Of a DNA stretch of 64,000 nucleotides, positions 39,490-53,230 are shown piece after piece. The stretch covers positions 108,996,001 through 109,060,000 of the forward strand of contig OX597819.1 of assembly GCA_951406725.2 (NCBI GenBank). Direction: 5' to 3'. The stretch is from Octopus vulgaris (lineage: Eukaryota). How positions within the stretch are numbered: position 1 is the stretch's first letter; each line of letters begins with the position of its first letter. The notes beneath the pieces were generated by a model that saw nothing but the letters and a program-made list of their open reading frames with translations, was not told where the DNA came from and made no database searches. A program made the translations under genes and the position numbers.

Positions 39490-39965
39490 TGGCCTCCTTC
39501 TTCAGAACAATTACCAAAACTTTTCTAAAATTTAGGGAAACCACACAATGGAGTACTGTTTTTCACACCAGAGTGGCACTATTGCTTCTCACACAGACAT
39601 CCTTAACCACTTCCAGAAAAAGGCCACCTGACTGACATGAAGACACTCACCAGCATACTTCAACACCACCTTTGGCTCACAGATGTATCGTCTCCGCTCT
39701 CTCTTCCTTTTCTACCACTACTACAATGGCCTTTGCTCATTGAAGCTGACCATTGCATTACCATCTTTATTCAGGTACTTCTGACTCACATATCTCTCCT
39801 TCTCTCATCACACTGTGGTGCCTCCCAGATCCCATAATCATCAATAAGTTTTGTTCTTCCTCTTCCAGCCTTCTGGAATTCTCTCCCAGCTCTGAATATA
39901 TCTTTCCTGTTGTGGTCAGATGACATCCTAATGAAGAGGAACATTAATGGAATCAATCTCACCAG
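39490..39965 (+). mobile_element. CR1/L2-group LINE 3' remnant
   Basis: Frameshifted MEYC...PLAHRCIVSALS.FYHYYNGLCSLKL motif. Confidence 0.65.
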
Positions 39966-40112
39966 TCTCAGAGGGCCTGTAAAGTCAACGTGCTACAGCT
40001 TATTCTTCCAGATCAAACCAATATAATTTAGAATGGATATGGATGGAATGTTTTTGATCACAGTTCTACTCAATCAAGATTGGCCTAGGGTTAAACAGCA
40101 ACAGTAGTAGTT

Positions 40113-40490
40113 GAGGCGCAATGACCCAGTGGTTATGGCAGTGGACCCGCGGTCGGAGGATCGCGGTTTCGATTCCCGGACCTGGCGTTGTGTGTGTTTA
40201 TTGAGCGAAAACACTTAAAGCTCCATGTGGCTCCAGCAGGTGGGGGTCGGCCCCTGTTGTACTCATTCGCCCCAACTTTCTCTCACTCTTTCTTCCTGTT
40301 TCTTGTCCCTGACTTCCTACACAACCGCTGAGCCTGGATGCACATTCATCCATCTGTCGATGCTCTCGGTGTCGGGGGTTGACCTGCTTTCTCTTCTGCG
40401 GGTCTTACGAATAGCAAAGGACCACGTTTCAGACTTCTCCCATCTTGCGAGCTCTGGGATGAAGACTGTTCACTCAACAGCAACAACAAC
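40113..40490 (+). mobile_element. tRNA-derived SINE family C (tail type 1)
   Basis: A box TGACCCAGTGG, B box GGTTTCGATTCC and a (CAA)n tail. The head is shared with 48101, 56071-56374 and 56625-56928. Confidence 0.8.
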
Positions 40491-41165
40491 AGTAACAGAA
40501 GTGTATTATGGAATATATCGTAAAGGATAACCACCTCCCCTCTACAAATTAATGAATGGTGACCACAGGATTCTATACATAAATCATGAACCTGCAGCAT
40601 CCTCTACATGGTTGCTCAATATGTTAGAAATAGCAGCCAAACCACACACCTTGCTCCCTTAAAAGTAGATGGACACATTGATAAATGTAGTTCTGAATGC
40701 CAATGGTCATAGTTTGAATACTTTTGACCTGGGATTAAACAACAACACTAAACAATACTAGAGGAAGGATACATTGGACAGAGTTGTCATAGATATTCGA
40801 AATGGGGGGGGGGGGTAAGAGCACTTTTGATCATAGACCTGCTCTATTGTTTCTCATTTGGAGTTAAACAAAGTCAGTAATATATTTTTTATTTATTGAA
40901 AGTTATTTGTAAAAAAAATCCATCCTAACCACATGGTTCCAGGTTCAGTCCTACTGCATAGCACCTTGGGCAAGTTTCTTCTACTAAAGCTTTGGGATGA
41001 CCAAAGCCTTGTGGATGGATTTGGTAGATGGAAACTGAAAGAATCGTAATGTTGGCATTAGGAAGAGCATCCAGCTATAGAAACCAAGCTAAAACAGATT
41101 ATGGGACCTGGTACAGTCCCTGGCCTTGTCAGTTCCTCTCAACCCGTCCTGCCTGAAAGAAGCTC

Positions 41166-41205
<40 letters not shown>

Positions 41206-42184
41206 TGTGTGTGTTCCCTACCACTGCTTGAAAACCAGTGTTGGTGTGTTTGCGTCCCTGTAACTTACCAGTTTGGCAAAACTGACCAATAGAATAAGTA
41301 ACAAGCTTTAAACACAATTAATACTGCAGTCAGTTCATTCAATTAACATTCTTCAAGACAGTATCCCAACATGGTTGCAGTCTAATGACTGAAACAAATA
41401 AAGAAATAAAAGAAGTAAAAAAGGTGCTATCCACATGAAAAACAATAGTTAATTCATTATTAACTTATTTAATATAGCATGCATTAGAAAATTTGATTAG
41501 AAATAATTGTGGTAAAGGAAAAATCAGTATTAGATCAATGGTTAATATCAGTCTTATTAGTATGGTGAAGTTTATGGTCTTATGATCTGCCAATGAGGCC
41601 TAACCTTTGTTGTAATTTTGAGGATTTTACTTGTGCACTGTTTTTGATCAGAGAAAAGGCTATACCAGATTTTTATCTTGATATGTGTAGTGATCAGGTC
41701 TTTGTATAGTTGCAAAAGACAGTGTTGGTATGTTCCCGTTCTGAATGGTTTTCTTAAGGCTTCTGTCTTCATTGAGGCAGCGTATGTCTTGCATGATGTG
41801 TTTAGATTATGTGTATGTAACAGCTGCATACACAATGCTAAGGAGGACTGAAGTGTTCTATGACCTGCATCAGAATGCATTGTTGCTAGAAGTAACTGCA
41901 AGAGATTCATTAATATACATGAGGAAAAATATTAGTGAGTGGAACAGTATTAATGAATTAATAGAAGTAATACTACCACAAGGTCCAGTCTTTCTTGCAG
42001 GCAGTGTGATGGCTTGTGTATCTCAATGATACTGAGAGCTATACCAGCAGGGCACAAACTTGGTAGGGCTTCCTATGCTGGACAAGTCAAAGGATAGAGG
42101 CCAAAATAATATGGACCACATCTTTCTTGAGGTAAAAATGGATTTTCATAGGGCCAGTACCCTGATCTAGAAAAAGGCAATCAA

Positions 42185-42417
42185 TGTGGTGGTGGTGGTG
42201 GTGGTGGCAGTGGTGGCAGAAGCAGCGGCGGCAGCAGCGGCAGCAGCGGCAGCAGCGGCAGCAGCGGCAGCAGCGGCAGCAGCGGCAGCAGCGGCAGCAG
42301 CGGCAGCAGCGGCAGCAGCGGCAGCAGCGGCAGCAGCGGCAGCAGCGGCAGCAGCGGCAGCAGCGGCAGCAGCGGCAGCAGCGGCAGCAGCGGCAGCAGC
42401 GGCAGCAGCGCAGCAGC

Positions 42418-42482
<65 letters not shown>
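42185..42482. repeat. Compound repeat (GTG)n-(GCAGCAGCG)~20-(GCA)n-(GTA)n
   Basis: Directly visible. Confidence 0.95.
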
Positions 42483-42489
42483 AAGCATC

Positions 42490-42980
42490 AATGACAATTC
42501 AAAACCAACAAAACCTGAGAGGGGAAGGTCGTCCTTCAAGGAAACATGCTTGAAACCTATGTTGAAGTTTAATGTGAGGATGGAAATGATAAGGGGGGGT
42601 GTGAAAGAGAAGCTGAAAAATAAAGATCCAATTGGAGAGAGTAAGAAGAGACAGACCAGAGTCCAGAACAGGGCTGAAAAGCTCTATAGGAAGCAAAGTG
42701 CTCCGGTATGTAACAGATGTAATGGAATGGAGGGAGTTCTGGAATGTCAATGCTTCAGTCTAACAGGAAGCTTCCTATAAAAGAAATGAGAGAGAGGTGG
42801 AGAGAGTAAGTGGGTAGCTGGTAGACAGAATCGAAGGCTTTGCTGATGTCAAGTGCAATAACATTACTTTCACCAAAGTTTTAGAAAGAGTGAGAGACCA
42901 TTCATGGGTGACTTAGGAGAAAAAGTCTACCTATTATGCCTCTACAGAAGCCATATTGATAGTTATTGAGAAAGGAGAAA
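42490..42980 (-). mobile_element. CR1/L2-group LINE RT remnant, internally deleted
   Basis: Minus strand reads GESNVIALDISKAFDSV, a reverse-transcriptase motif. Confidence 0.7.
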
Positions 42981-42986
42981 TACTGA

Positions 42987-43027
<41 letters not shown>

Positions 43028-43030
<3 letters not shown>

Positions 43031-43890
43031 TTGCGGCCAAAATGTTCAGAACGGCATTGTTTTCGTTAGAAAAGTAAGTATAAGTTTTTATCAAAGTAGT
43101 TTTATATTCTATAATTTTCACAGACAATAAATACCATATTAATTGTTATTGTCTGAGATTTTGGTGTAATTTGAGAGGATAATACAAAAGTGATGGATGA
43201 TTTAGTGATTTACTGCAAAACCCATGGCGGCCAAAATGATCAGAACGGTTGAAAAAATAACAAAATAATCAAAAATGACAGAGAATACTGGAATTATTTA
43301 ATATTTAGTGTGAAGCCCTTTAGCTTCAATCACACTCTGACATCTTCGAAATTAAATTTTCAATTTCCTGTTGGGTGATCTTATTCCATTCTTCCTGAAG
43401 GGCATTCCATAATTGCTCAGTTGTTTTAGGATTTCTGGCTTTCGAACGTTCTCCTAGAATATTCCACACATTTTCAATAGGATTGAGATCTGGGCTTTGA
43501 GCAGGCCAATCCATAACAATAACCTTTTCAGCCTTGAGGAAGTTCATGACCACCTTAGCCTTGTGACATGGGGCATTGTCCTGAATATGGGTGGTCGCTT
43601 AGTTGAATTTCTCAGCACAGGCAAGACATGATCTTTTACAAGTTGTTTATAAACTCCTGCATTTACCTTTCCATGTAATCGCACCAAAGGGCCCACACCA
43701 TCTCCAGATATCATCCTCCAAACCATGACACTTCCTCCACCGAATTTAACACTAGTCTTAAGGCATTTAGGCAACAATTTTTCACCTACTTTTCTACGAA
43801 CGTACCTTTTCCCGTCTGAGCCAAATAACATAAACTTAGATTCATCACTGAAATGCACCGTTTGCCATTTTTCTTGAGACCACAACACAT
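43028..43890 (-). mobile_element. Tc1 (DD34E-type) transposon, 3' half, IR/DR type
   Basis: FSDESKF, frameshifted QDNAPCH and WPAQSPDLNPIENVW. End is TA-CAGTTGCGGCCAAAATG, with an inner direct repeat at ~43227. Confidence 0.92.
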
Positions 43891-44240
43891 GTGGTGCTTT
43901 TAAAGGGCCAATTAAACAATACTGGCATCAGCCATAACTACAATCTCACTTGGCTTGATGGGTCTTCTCAAGCACAGCATATCTCCAAAGGTCTCAGTCA
44001 CTTGTCATTGCCTCAGTAAGGCCCAACATTCGAAAATTATGCTTCACCACCTCATCCCATGTTTTCCTGAGTCTAACCCTTCCACAGGTTCCCTCCACCA
44101 TTAGAGTGTGACACTTCTTCACACAGCTCTCCTCACCCATATGCATCACATGACCACACCAATGCAGTTGTCTCTTGCACACCACATCTGTTGCTTCTTA
44201 TGTTCAACTTTTCTTTCAGGATGCTTACACTCTGTCGTGC
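43890..44240 (-). mobile_element. RTE family B 3' fragment
   Basis: WCGHVMHMGEESCVKKCHTLMVEGTCGRVRLRKTWDEVVKHNFRMLGLTEAMTSD. Confidence 0.88.
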
Positions 44241-45905
44241 ATACTAGCCTCATATATATGTGTGTGTGTGTGTGTATGTTCTTTTATTCTTTTCCTTGTT
44301 TCAGTCATTTGACTGCAGCCATGCTGGAACACTGCCTTGAAAGGTTTTCTTTTAGTTGAACTAATCCACTCCAGGACTTGTGTTTTTTAAACCTAGTACC
44401 AATGATATTGTCCTCTTTTGCTGAAGTGCTAAGTTACAGGAATGTAAACACACCAGCACTGGTTGTCAAGGTAATGAGGGAACAAACACAGACACGAAGA
44501 CACACACACACATTATTTTTCTTCTTCTTTTTCTTCTTATTATTATTATTGTTATTATTATTATTATGTTTATTATTATTATTCTGATTATTATTATTAT
44601 TACTATTATTATTATCATCATCATTATTATTATTATTGCTATTGAGGCAGCAAGCTGGACATGATGCTTAGTGGCATTTCATCTGTCTTTAGGTTCTAAG
44701 TTCAAATACTGCCAAAATTGACTTTTCCTTTCATCCTTTTAGGGTTGATAAAATAAGTACCAGTTGAACACTGGAATCGATGCAATCGACTAGCCCCCTC
44801 CCCTAAAATTTCAGACCCTTGTGCCTCTAGTAGAACAGATTATTGTTGTTGTTATTATTATTACTGAGTGAGAGAGCAGTGCATGCCATCAAAGTGACAC
44901 TGGGGTAAAATATACGAAGCCCAATATACCCATCATGACTACCCGTCTGATAAGGGTACACCAGGCACATGCATTCCTGTGCTGACTTGTAGAAGAAGCA
45001 GTTGAACTTCACTCTGTGGTGTTTTACACAGTTCAAAACATTCTATAAAATATATGACATAAACATTTTTATGGTTTAGTCAAAAGAGAAAGAGCAGCAT
45101 CATGACATTTGAGTAAGAATCTTTCAAAGTTTGTTGGAGAAAGAGAAGAAAACTGAAGAGACAAGTTTGAGTACTACTTAGTGAACTCTGCTAAAAGCAC
45201 TTAAGGACCTAGTTGTGGTTTTAACCTGGGCAACAGATAATTTTCAGATGAAGAACCAGGGTCCCAAACCCATAAATTCTCCTTATAGCAATTATACTTA
45301 TATGGACTTTTCTTTAAACTATTTGTTGCCAAACTAAACCATCATATGTTAATCCAGATTTCAAATTTAACTCAAGTTTTTTATAGTTTTATGACAATAA
45401 AATATTTCCAGTTGAAAATTTGCTTTCACGTACTACAAGGAAAAATAAAAATAAACTGCTCTCATTTTCACTGATATAAGAGTTATTCAAAGTAGGTGTG
45501 CTTGCATCCAAAAAGCAGCAGGAATTCATTCTACAGATATAGATGTGTGGCTAAGGAGGTGCAAACATGGTTATTGAGTACTCTTTAACTAGTCACGGAG
45601 ACACTGTTTATATATCCACAATTACTTAGGGCTTAATTAAGTTCAGTAGACCAATGTCTATATATAATGTATTCTGGGGAGCTAGTTTGATGAATAAATT
45701 AGTGCTACATTAGCAGTGTTTTGTTTCAAAGCTACAGTTTGTACTCATCAGCATCCTTGCTTGAATGTCCACAGCAAATTTTCTACAGCTGGATGCTCTT
45801 CCTGTTGTCAACCCCCACTCATTTCCAAAGAAGGTAATATTTCCTTAGTGGCCAGACATGTTTTCACAGAATATTGGAAATGAATGACATTCATTTACAA
45901 CAGTC

Positions 45906-45941
<36 letters not shown>

Positions 45942-45992
45942 CGGAGATGTACTCGCAAATGGCTTATAAACACCTTCCACGCAGCAATTGTG

Positions 45993-46055
<63 letters not shown>

Positions 46056-46085
46056 CATATGTATGATGGGCTTCTTTCAGTTTCT

Positions 46086-46315
46086 TATTTCTTTATTGCC
46101 CACAAGGGGCTAAACACAGAGGGGACAAACAAGGACAGACAAAGGGATTAAGTTGATTACATCGACCCCAGTGCATAATTGGTACTTAATTTATCGACCC
46201 CAAAAGGATGAAAGGCATAGTTGACCGCGGCGGAATTTGAACTCAGAACGTAACGGCAGACAAAATACTGCTAAGCATTTTGCCCAGCAAGCTAACGATT
46301 CTGCCAGCTTGCCGT
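46086..46315 (-). mobile_element. SINE A nested in SINE D
   Basis: 14-bp TSD TTCTTTCAGTTTCT at 46072-46085 and 46316-46329. Confidence 0.88.
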
Positions 46316-47179
46316 TTCTTTCAGTTTCTGCCTACCAAATTCACTCACAAGTGGCTATAGTAGAAGGTGCCATGCAGTGGGCCAGAACCTGAAACCATAT
46401 GGTTGGGAAGCAAGATTCTTAACCACACTGTCTATGCGCACAGTGATGACTAAAAATCTATAGATATATTTCACAGTACACAGTACAGCATTGCCAGAGA
46501 ACACAGTTAATGCATCAGTAATTAATTTTTGTATTGTACAAGGGGAATAGAGTTGTAAAAATAGTTAGTTTCATCTGTCCAAGGGGGAAATCAATAAAAT
46601 AAGTATCAGTCGAGTACCAGACCTTCATTCAATTGACTGCACCTCCAACCTCCCCTATTACAAATTTGTGACCTCGTGACAACGTAAAAAGAAATCAATA
46701 TTGGCAATGTAGGCTAGGTCAGTCGTTATGGCTGACCTACAACTATTGATTGTGAAATGACACTTGATAAAATAAACAATCAGCTGTTTTGAGAAAAATT
46801 TTATCAGATTTTTATTTTACGATATTCATTGATTTTTATACAGTTTTTCTTTTTTGCAATATTTTTATGAAATTCCTGTGATTTTCTTTGATAAATTTTA
46901 ATTCCAAGATAAATTATATTTCTATATCTTTATCTTTTCGTTATGATTCCATTTGTATTTTAGATGTCTTATAGAAATATGCTAGACTTTTGTAAGCTCA
47001 TCAGTCCATCACTCAGTTTCTACTCTTTATGGAAGAGGATTATATTCAGTTATATTCAATAGACCTTTAATTGTTTTAGTTACATTCTACCATTAGCCAA
47101 TGTTTGACTGCAAGTTTGCAGCTGCCTTTAGTCAAAGTTTGATTTTAGTTAATGTTTTGTTATAAGTTGCAATTTTGTA

Positions 47180-47620
47180 TGCTAGAGTGCCAAACACTGA
47201 TCTGTGGGAAAGGGCCAACCAGGAGCCCATACATGTTCAGATGAGACGAAGGAAATAGAGATGGATCGGGGACACACTGTGGAAAGAACCCTCAAATGTG
47301 ACACAACAAGCACTTGACTGGAATCCGCAGAGGAAAAGGAAGTGAGGACGTCCGGAGCAGACATGGAAGCGGAGCATTTTGGACGAGCTCAGGACCACCG
47401 GCCTGACATGGGAAGCAGCCAAGAAACATGCCAATGACCACAAAAAGTGGAAAACAATTGTTGAGGTCCTATGCTCCACAAGGGGAAAAAAGGAAGAAGA
47501 AGAAGAAGAAGAAGAAGAAGAAGAAGAAGAAGAAGAAGAAGAAGAAGAAGAAGAAGAAGAAGAAGAAGAAGAAGAAGAAGAAGAAGAAGAAGAAGAAGAA
47601 GAAGAAGAAGAAGAAGAAGA
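47180..47620 (+). mobile_element. RTE LINE 3' end with a long (GAA)n tail
   Basis: RWIG.TL...QALDWNPQRKR..GRPEQTWKRS..TWEAAKKHANDHKKWKTIVEVLCSTRG, followed by about 40 GAA units. Confidence 0.88.
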
Positions 47621-48100
47621 CATACAATTAAAGTATCATATCCTTTATCTTTTATTTGTTTCAGTCTTCAACCATGCTGAAGGACCACCTTGAAGGGTTT
47701 AGATAAGTAAATACAACACCAGTATTTATTTTCCTTAAGTCAGTTATTTGTCATATTGGTCTCTTTTGCCAAAATGTTTAGTTATAGGGTCATAAACAAA
47801 CCAACACTGGTTGTCAAGCAGTGGTGGAGGACAAACACAAAGACACACACATACATCATGTCTGTTGCTGGTGTCATGTAAATGGCACCTATGCTGGTGG
47901 CATATAAAAAGTGCCCCTTACACTCTTGGAGTGGTTAGCATTGGGAAGAGCATCCAGCCATGGAAACCATGCCAAATCAGACTGGAACCTGGCACAGCTC
48001 TCTGGTTTACTAGTTCCAGTCAAACCATCTTACCCACGCCAGCATGGAAAGCAGACATTAGATGATGATGATGATGATGGTGATATATATATATCACCAC

Positions 48101-48386
48101 CAATGGCTCAGTGATTAGGGCAGCAGACTCATGGTCGTAGGATCATGGTTTCAATTCCAAGACCGGGCGTTGCAAGTGTTTATTGAGCGAAAATACCTAA
48201 AGCTCCATGAGGCTCCGGCAGGGAGGGGTGGCGATCCCTGCTGTACTCTTTCGTCGCAACTTTCTCTCACGCTTTCTTCTGTTGGCCTGCCCACTTGGCC
48301 AGCGGGGTGGCGTCATTTGAAGGCTAAAACAATGCGAAGTGCATTGTGACCAGCGATGTGTAGCAACATCTGATAGCCTGGTCAGT

Positions 48387-48395
<9 letters not shown>
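48101..48395 (+). mobile_element. SINE family C (tail type 2)
   Basis: Head shared with 40113. The tail TGTGACCAGCGATGTGTAGCAACATCTGATAG is also present at ~39005-39060 (-). Confidence 0.8.
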
Positions 48396-48419
<24 letters not shown>

Positions 48420-48470
48420 ACCCATGCTAGCATGGAAAACGGACGCTAAATGATGATGATGATGATGATG

Positions 48471-48534
<64 letters not shown>

Positions 48535-48554
48535 ATATATATATTATATATATA

Positions 48555-48618
<64 letters not shown>

Positions 48619-48621
<3 letters not shown>

Positions 48622-48995
48622 TACCGTCAGAAATTAATTAGCACCCTTGATTTGCTCTTCACTCAAGGTATGTGCTGTCACCTAGTGGCCATATCTCGAA
48701 CTATTGCTTTGTTGCGAGTTCACTGTTGCGCAGAATGATGACGTAACTTTGTTTGCAGAGCAGTTTGAGAGTCTACAGCCTTATGATGTTGACATAGCAG
48801 TGCAACAAATTGGAGTGCGGATGCAGACAAATCTTCCTTTGTTTAATAGATATAGGTAGCGCCTTGCAAGGACCGAAATCACACCATACTAAGTTTTCTC
48901 ATCGCGTAAGACGTTTTGAACAGCTCATAGGTTAATTGATTTAACCTATTTAATGTAGAAATTTGAGAAGTGCTAATTAATTTCTGACGCAAGTG
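48619..48995. mobile_element. Tc1/mariner-type MITE
   Basis: TA-flanked TIR CACTACCGTCAGAAATTAATTAGCAC / GTGCTAATTAATTTCTGACGCAAGTG. Confidence 0.85.
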
Positions 48996-49041
<46 letters not shown>

Positions 49042-49047
49042 TGTATG

Positions 49048-50331
49048 TAGGTCATTAAGAATGAAATGTCTGGTTTTCTTATGCCCCAAGTTTGACAGTC
49101 GTTAACTCTAATTTTTTTATCCTGACAATTCTTCTTTGTTTTAGAACACTGAAGAGTTACATCATCACTTTTTGAAATGCAGTTCATGGTGTCTGATTAT
49201 ATTGTGAGTTTTCTCTTGTAAATCAATTTCTGTGAATCCATGGATAGATAAAAAAATCATGTTGTTTATGAATATGAGTTCTGCCATGGAACCAATGCAT
49301 CCCAGACAGCTTGAAACATCAATCAGGTGTTTGGTGAATATGTGGTGAATGAGCCCAATGTACGTCAATGGTTTGAGAAGTTCCGGTCTGTTGACTTTAC
49401 CCTAGAAAATCAGCCCCATGGTAGATCTGGGACCAAGGTGGATAATGATGAGCTGGAAACTGTATTGGAAGCACATACATGTCGGACTACGTGTGAGTTA
49501 GCAGCAAGGTTTGATAGTTCCATTCCAACTGTATTGGACCATCTGAAACAAATAAGCAAGGTAAAGAAGCTGGACAAGTGGGTACCACATGAACTGAACA
49601 AGCATCAAATGACATGTTGTCTTGAAACTTGCTGTTCTTTGCTGTCACGGCATAAAAGCAAACCATTTTTGCATCATTTTGTTATGTGTGATGAAAAATG
49701 GATTCTTTTCAACAATAGAAAGCATTCTGCATGGTGGCTGGATAGAGGCAAAGTACCAAAACACAATCTAAACAAGAATATTCACCAAAATAAAGTAATG
49801 ATGTCTGTTTGGTGATCCAGGGTTGGTGTCATCCACTACAGCTTCATGAGACCTGTTAAGTCAATTACAGTGGATGTATACAAACAATTGAATGAAATGA
49901 TGAGTGAATTTGCAATTAAACAACCAAGATTGGTCAATAGAGACAAGCCAATTCTCTTGCAAGACAATGTTCAGCCACATGTTGCACAAAGAATGCTACT
50001 CCAGTTACAGGAACTGAACTTGGAAGTACTGTGTCATCCACCATACTCACCAGACCTTGTATCAACTGACTATCACATTTTCCAGGCACCAGACAACTCT
50101 TTGCAAGGAAAAAACTTCAAATCTGAAAAAGATGCAAAAACAGCCTTTCAGGAATTCATCACCTCTTGCTCTCCAGAATTCTTCACTACCAGCTAAATAA
50201 GCTACTGATAAAATGGCAAAATTATGTTGATAATTTAGGTGCATACTTTGATTAATTGCATTGCTTTTTGTTGAGATAAAGTAAAATAAACTTTCAGTTC
50301 AAAATTAGACATTTCATTCTTAATGACCTGA
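49048..50331 (+). mobile_element. Full-length mariner (DD34D-type), transposase disrupted
   Basis: Perfect 22-bp TIR AGGTCATTAAGAATGAAATGTC. Motifs WVPHEL, CDEKW, QDNVQPH and HPPYSPDL..DYH are present, broken by stops and frameshifts. Confidence 0.95.
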
Positions 50332-51982
50332 TATATATATATATATATATACATATATACAGTGGGCTTCCACACAGTTTTAATCTACCAAATTCACTCA
50401 CAAGGCACTTGCCCAAGGTGCCACAAAGTACTTCGGAACTTTCTCAACCAATCAGGCATGCCTGAATGATTTTTGCTGTCCATATTTGCACTCCTTAAGA
50501 TACCCTACATTAAGCTTCCAATATTTTTCATAATTCACAATCAGCACACTTAAAAAGATGTTGTCCACAGTGATAAAATCTTAAGACTGCTTCTTTCTAA
50601 GGATGCAAATTCTTCAGCCTCACTACTGTAATTGTATCTAAACATACTATGTATATTTTCCCCAGCTGACTTTTTCAATGCATCTTGTCCACCTGATATT
50701 ATGCCTTAAGCTATACAATTTATAACACAAGATCTTGTACCTTTTCAGATTGTTCTATGGAAACTCTGTTAGAATTTTCAGAAAGCAATTTGGGACTCAT
50801 AATGAAAACAGTGGACAAATAAATAACTGTTTCCACCAACACTTTTTGAAAATATTGATTAGACTAAGTGGACAACAGAGTGCCTGTAGCCTTTACAGAT
50901 TCACCCAGGCAAATGAGTTCACTGTGGCTAGTAATGTTTAGCCTCAAGTTCTACACATCAATGACAGTGAGGGGAAATGCTGGTTAAAGAAGAATTTAAC
51001 CCTTTAGCATTCAGATTACTCTGTCAAATGTAAGCATACTTAGTCATATTATTTTAAATTAATCACGCATTATCTCATAGCTTTGAGATTTCAACAATGT
51101 GACTGTTTGTTTTAAGAATGACATTGTAAGGTAAGTGTTAGAGCCCAGATTTAGTTGGTTTGAACATATAAAGCAGGTAAGATATTTTGGACAGATATGG
51201 TTAGTCTAAATGCTAAAGGGTTAAAGAAGATTATAGTTTTGAAGGAAGTATTTAATGAAAAATTGTTGTTGTTGTTATTGTTTAACCCCCAAGTCAATCC
51301 TGATTAAACACACTTACAAACAAAACCATTTCAGCTGTGACCATTTCATTTTTTTTTTCCAAATATAGTGTATTTAATGTGTTCCTCGTGTTATAAGATA
51401 GTAGGGATCGATTCTAGGGAGATCTGGTTACTGTTTTCAGTATATTGAACAACCACTGAGAAGCTTCTCTTATTTGATGCAAAGTATGGAATGTTGTGAG
51501 ATCATCCTCATTGTTGTCTTCTAACCCATACTTACATGGGTCAGATTACAGTACATTGAGGCAGATTTTTTATGGCCAGATGCCCTTCCTGAGGCCATAT
51601 CCTATCTGTTTCCAAGCAAGATAATAATCTCGCAGCCAACAAACAGTATGGATATGATTATGCAGAGAACTGGAAACAAATGACACCATTTGAATGAGCT
51701 TTTTTTGTGTCCAAAGATTGCACAACATTAGTGTTTCCTTGTCTTGATATCACTTGGTTGATGTCAATGAGCATCAGTGTCATACGAACAGTATTCATCA
51801 TTTCCGGTCTTCTATGGAAGTATGTCAGGCCATGTAGAACTATTAACTTCTTGGAAACAGGTAAGGGTGTGCAATAAGAAGGGCATCTCACTGTAGAAAA
51901 TCTGTCTCAATGAATTCCACTTAACCCATGTGAGTATGGAAGAGGGGTGTTAAAAAATGATGGTTACGATGAATATATAAAC

Positions 51983-53230
51983 ATCAGGTCATCCCGTAAG
52001 TAATGTCCACACTTCTATATTTTCAATTTGTAAACGCTTTAGCAGTATTTTAGAATGTTTAAATGGCATCAATTAATGTTTATATGTATTTGGATATATT
52101 TAAACTAATTAAATTTCATTTTGCAGGATAGTCTAATTGAAATTTCACTAATTATAGTTCTTCAAACAAGGACATGTCTAAGGAGCATTTGAGGCACATA
52201 AAGCTTTATGAGTTTAAAAAAAGGAACTCTGCAGCTGAAGTGACTCAAAATATTCCTTCAGCTTATGGAGAAGGGTGCCTGAATGAAAGAACTTGCAGAA
52301 GATGGTTTGTAAAATTCAGAAGTGGAGATGTCAGCCTTGAAGATGAGGTCTGAACAAGATGTCCAATTGAGTTTGATGATAAGCACCTTTTGGCAGATCA
52401 TGCAGTTTCAGTTGAAGAATTGGCAAGCAAGCTTTGTTCAAGCCATACAACTGTTCACCATCATCATCAACAGCTTGGATAGGTCCCAAAATTCAGAAAA
52501 TGGGTGCCTCATGATTTGTTTGAAGCCAATTGCAAATACTGAATGGACATCTGCTTTTCTCTTCATTCTCATGAACTCATCTCACCCTTATTGGACAGAC
52601 TGGTGACCGGTGATAAAATATTGGTCGTTTGTCAAAATGTTAAGTGTTGTAGACATTGGCTTGGTGAAAGGGAAAAGGCCCAACTACAACCGAAAAGGGA
52701 ACTCCAGGCGAAGAATGTTCTTCTCTCTGTTTGGTTGAATTGCTACCAACTAATGCAACAATCAATGCTCAAATCTACTGTCAGCAATTAGTGTGTTTGA
52801 AAGCTGCTTTGAAGAAAAAAAAGGCTCATCTTAGTGAATTGAAAGGAAAGGGGGATGTTTCATCAGGACAATAGAAGACCCCACATTGCCAAGATCACAT
52901 CACAGATGATCAAGAAACTTGGCTGAGAGAAAATTGCTCATCCGCCTTATTCCTCAGCACTTGCTCCTTCAGATTACCATTTGTTCCACAGTGTACAGAA
53001 TCATTTGGATGGATTAACTCTTGAAACAACTGAATAAATCGAAACTGACCTTTCAGAGTTCTTCTCTTTGAAACCGAAAGAGTTTTTCACTAATGGGATT
53101 AAAAAGCTTACAAGTAGATGGAAAGATGTCATAAATAATCACAGAAACTATATTGATGATTAAGTTTCATTAAAACACAAAATTTGATCAATTATTTTCG
53201 TTATTTAATATGGACATTACCTGACAGATG
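51983..53230 (+). mobile_element. Second mariner family copy, degenerate
   Basis: WVPHDL, VTGDK, HQDNRRPH and HPPYSSALAPSDYHLF, with an imperfect TIR GTAATGTCCA/TGGACATTAC. Confidence 0.9.

Noticed and set aside
41572-42029. Overlapping 112-aa and 94-aa ORFs
   Set aside because: No recognisable domain or splice support. More likely a decayed mobile-element fragment.
42087-42780. Long ORFs with polyQR, polyA and polyCCR tracts
   Set aside because: Translations of microsatellites running into an antisense LINE remnant.
49327-50196. Domesticated SETMAR-like gene
   Set aside because: Intact TIRs, no SET domain, and stops and frameshifts indicate an ordinary dead mariner.
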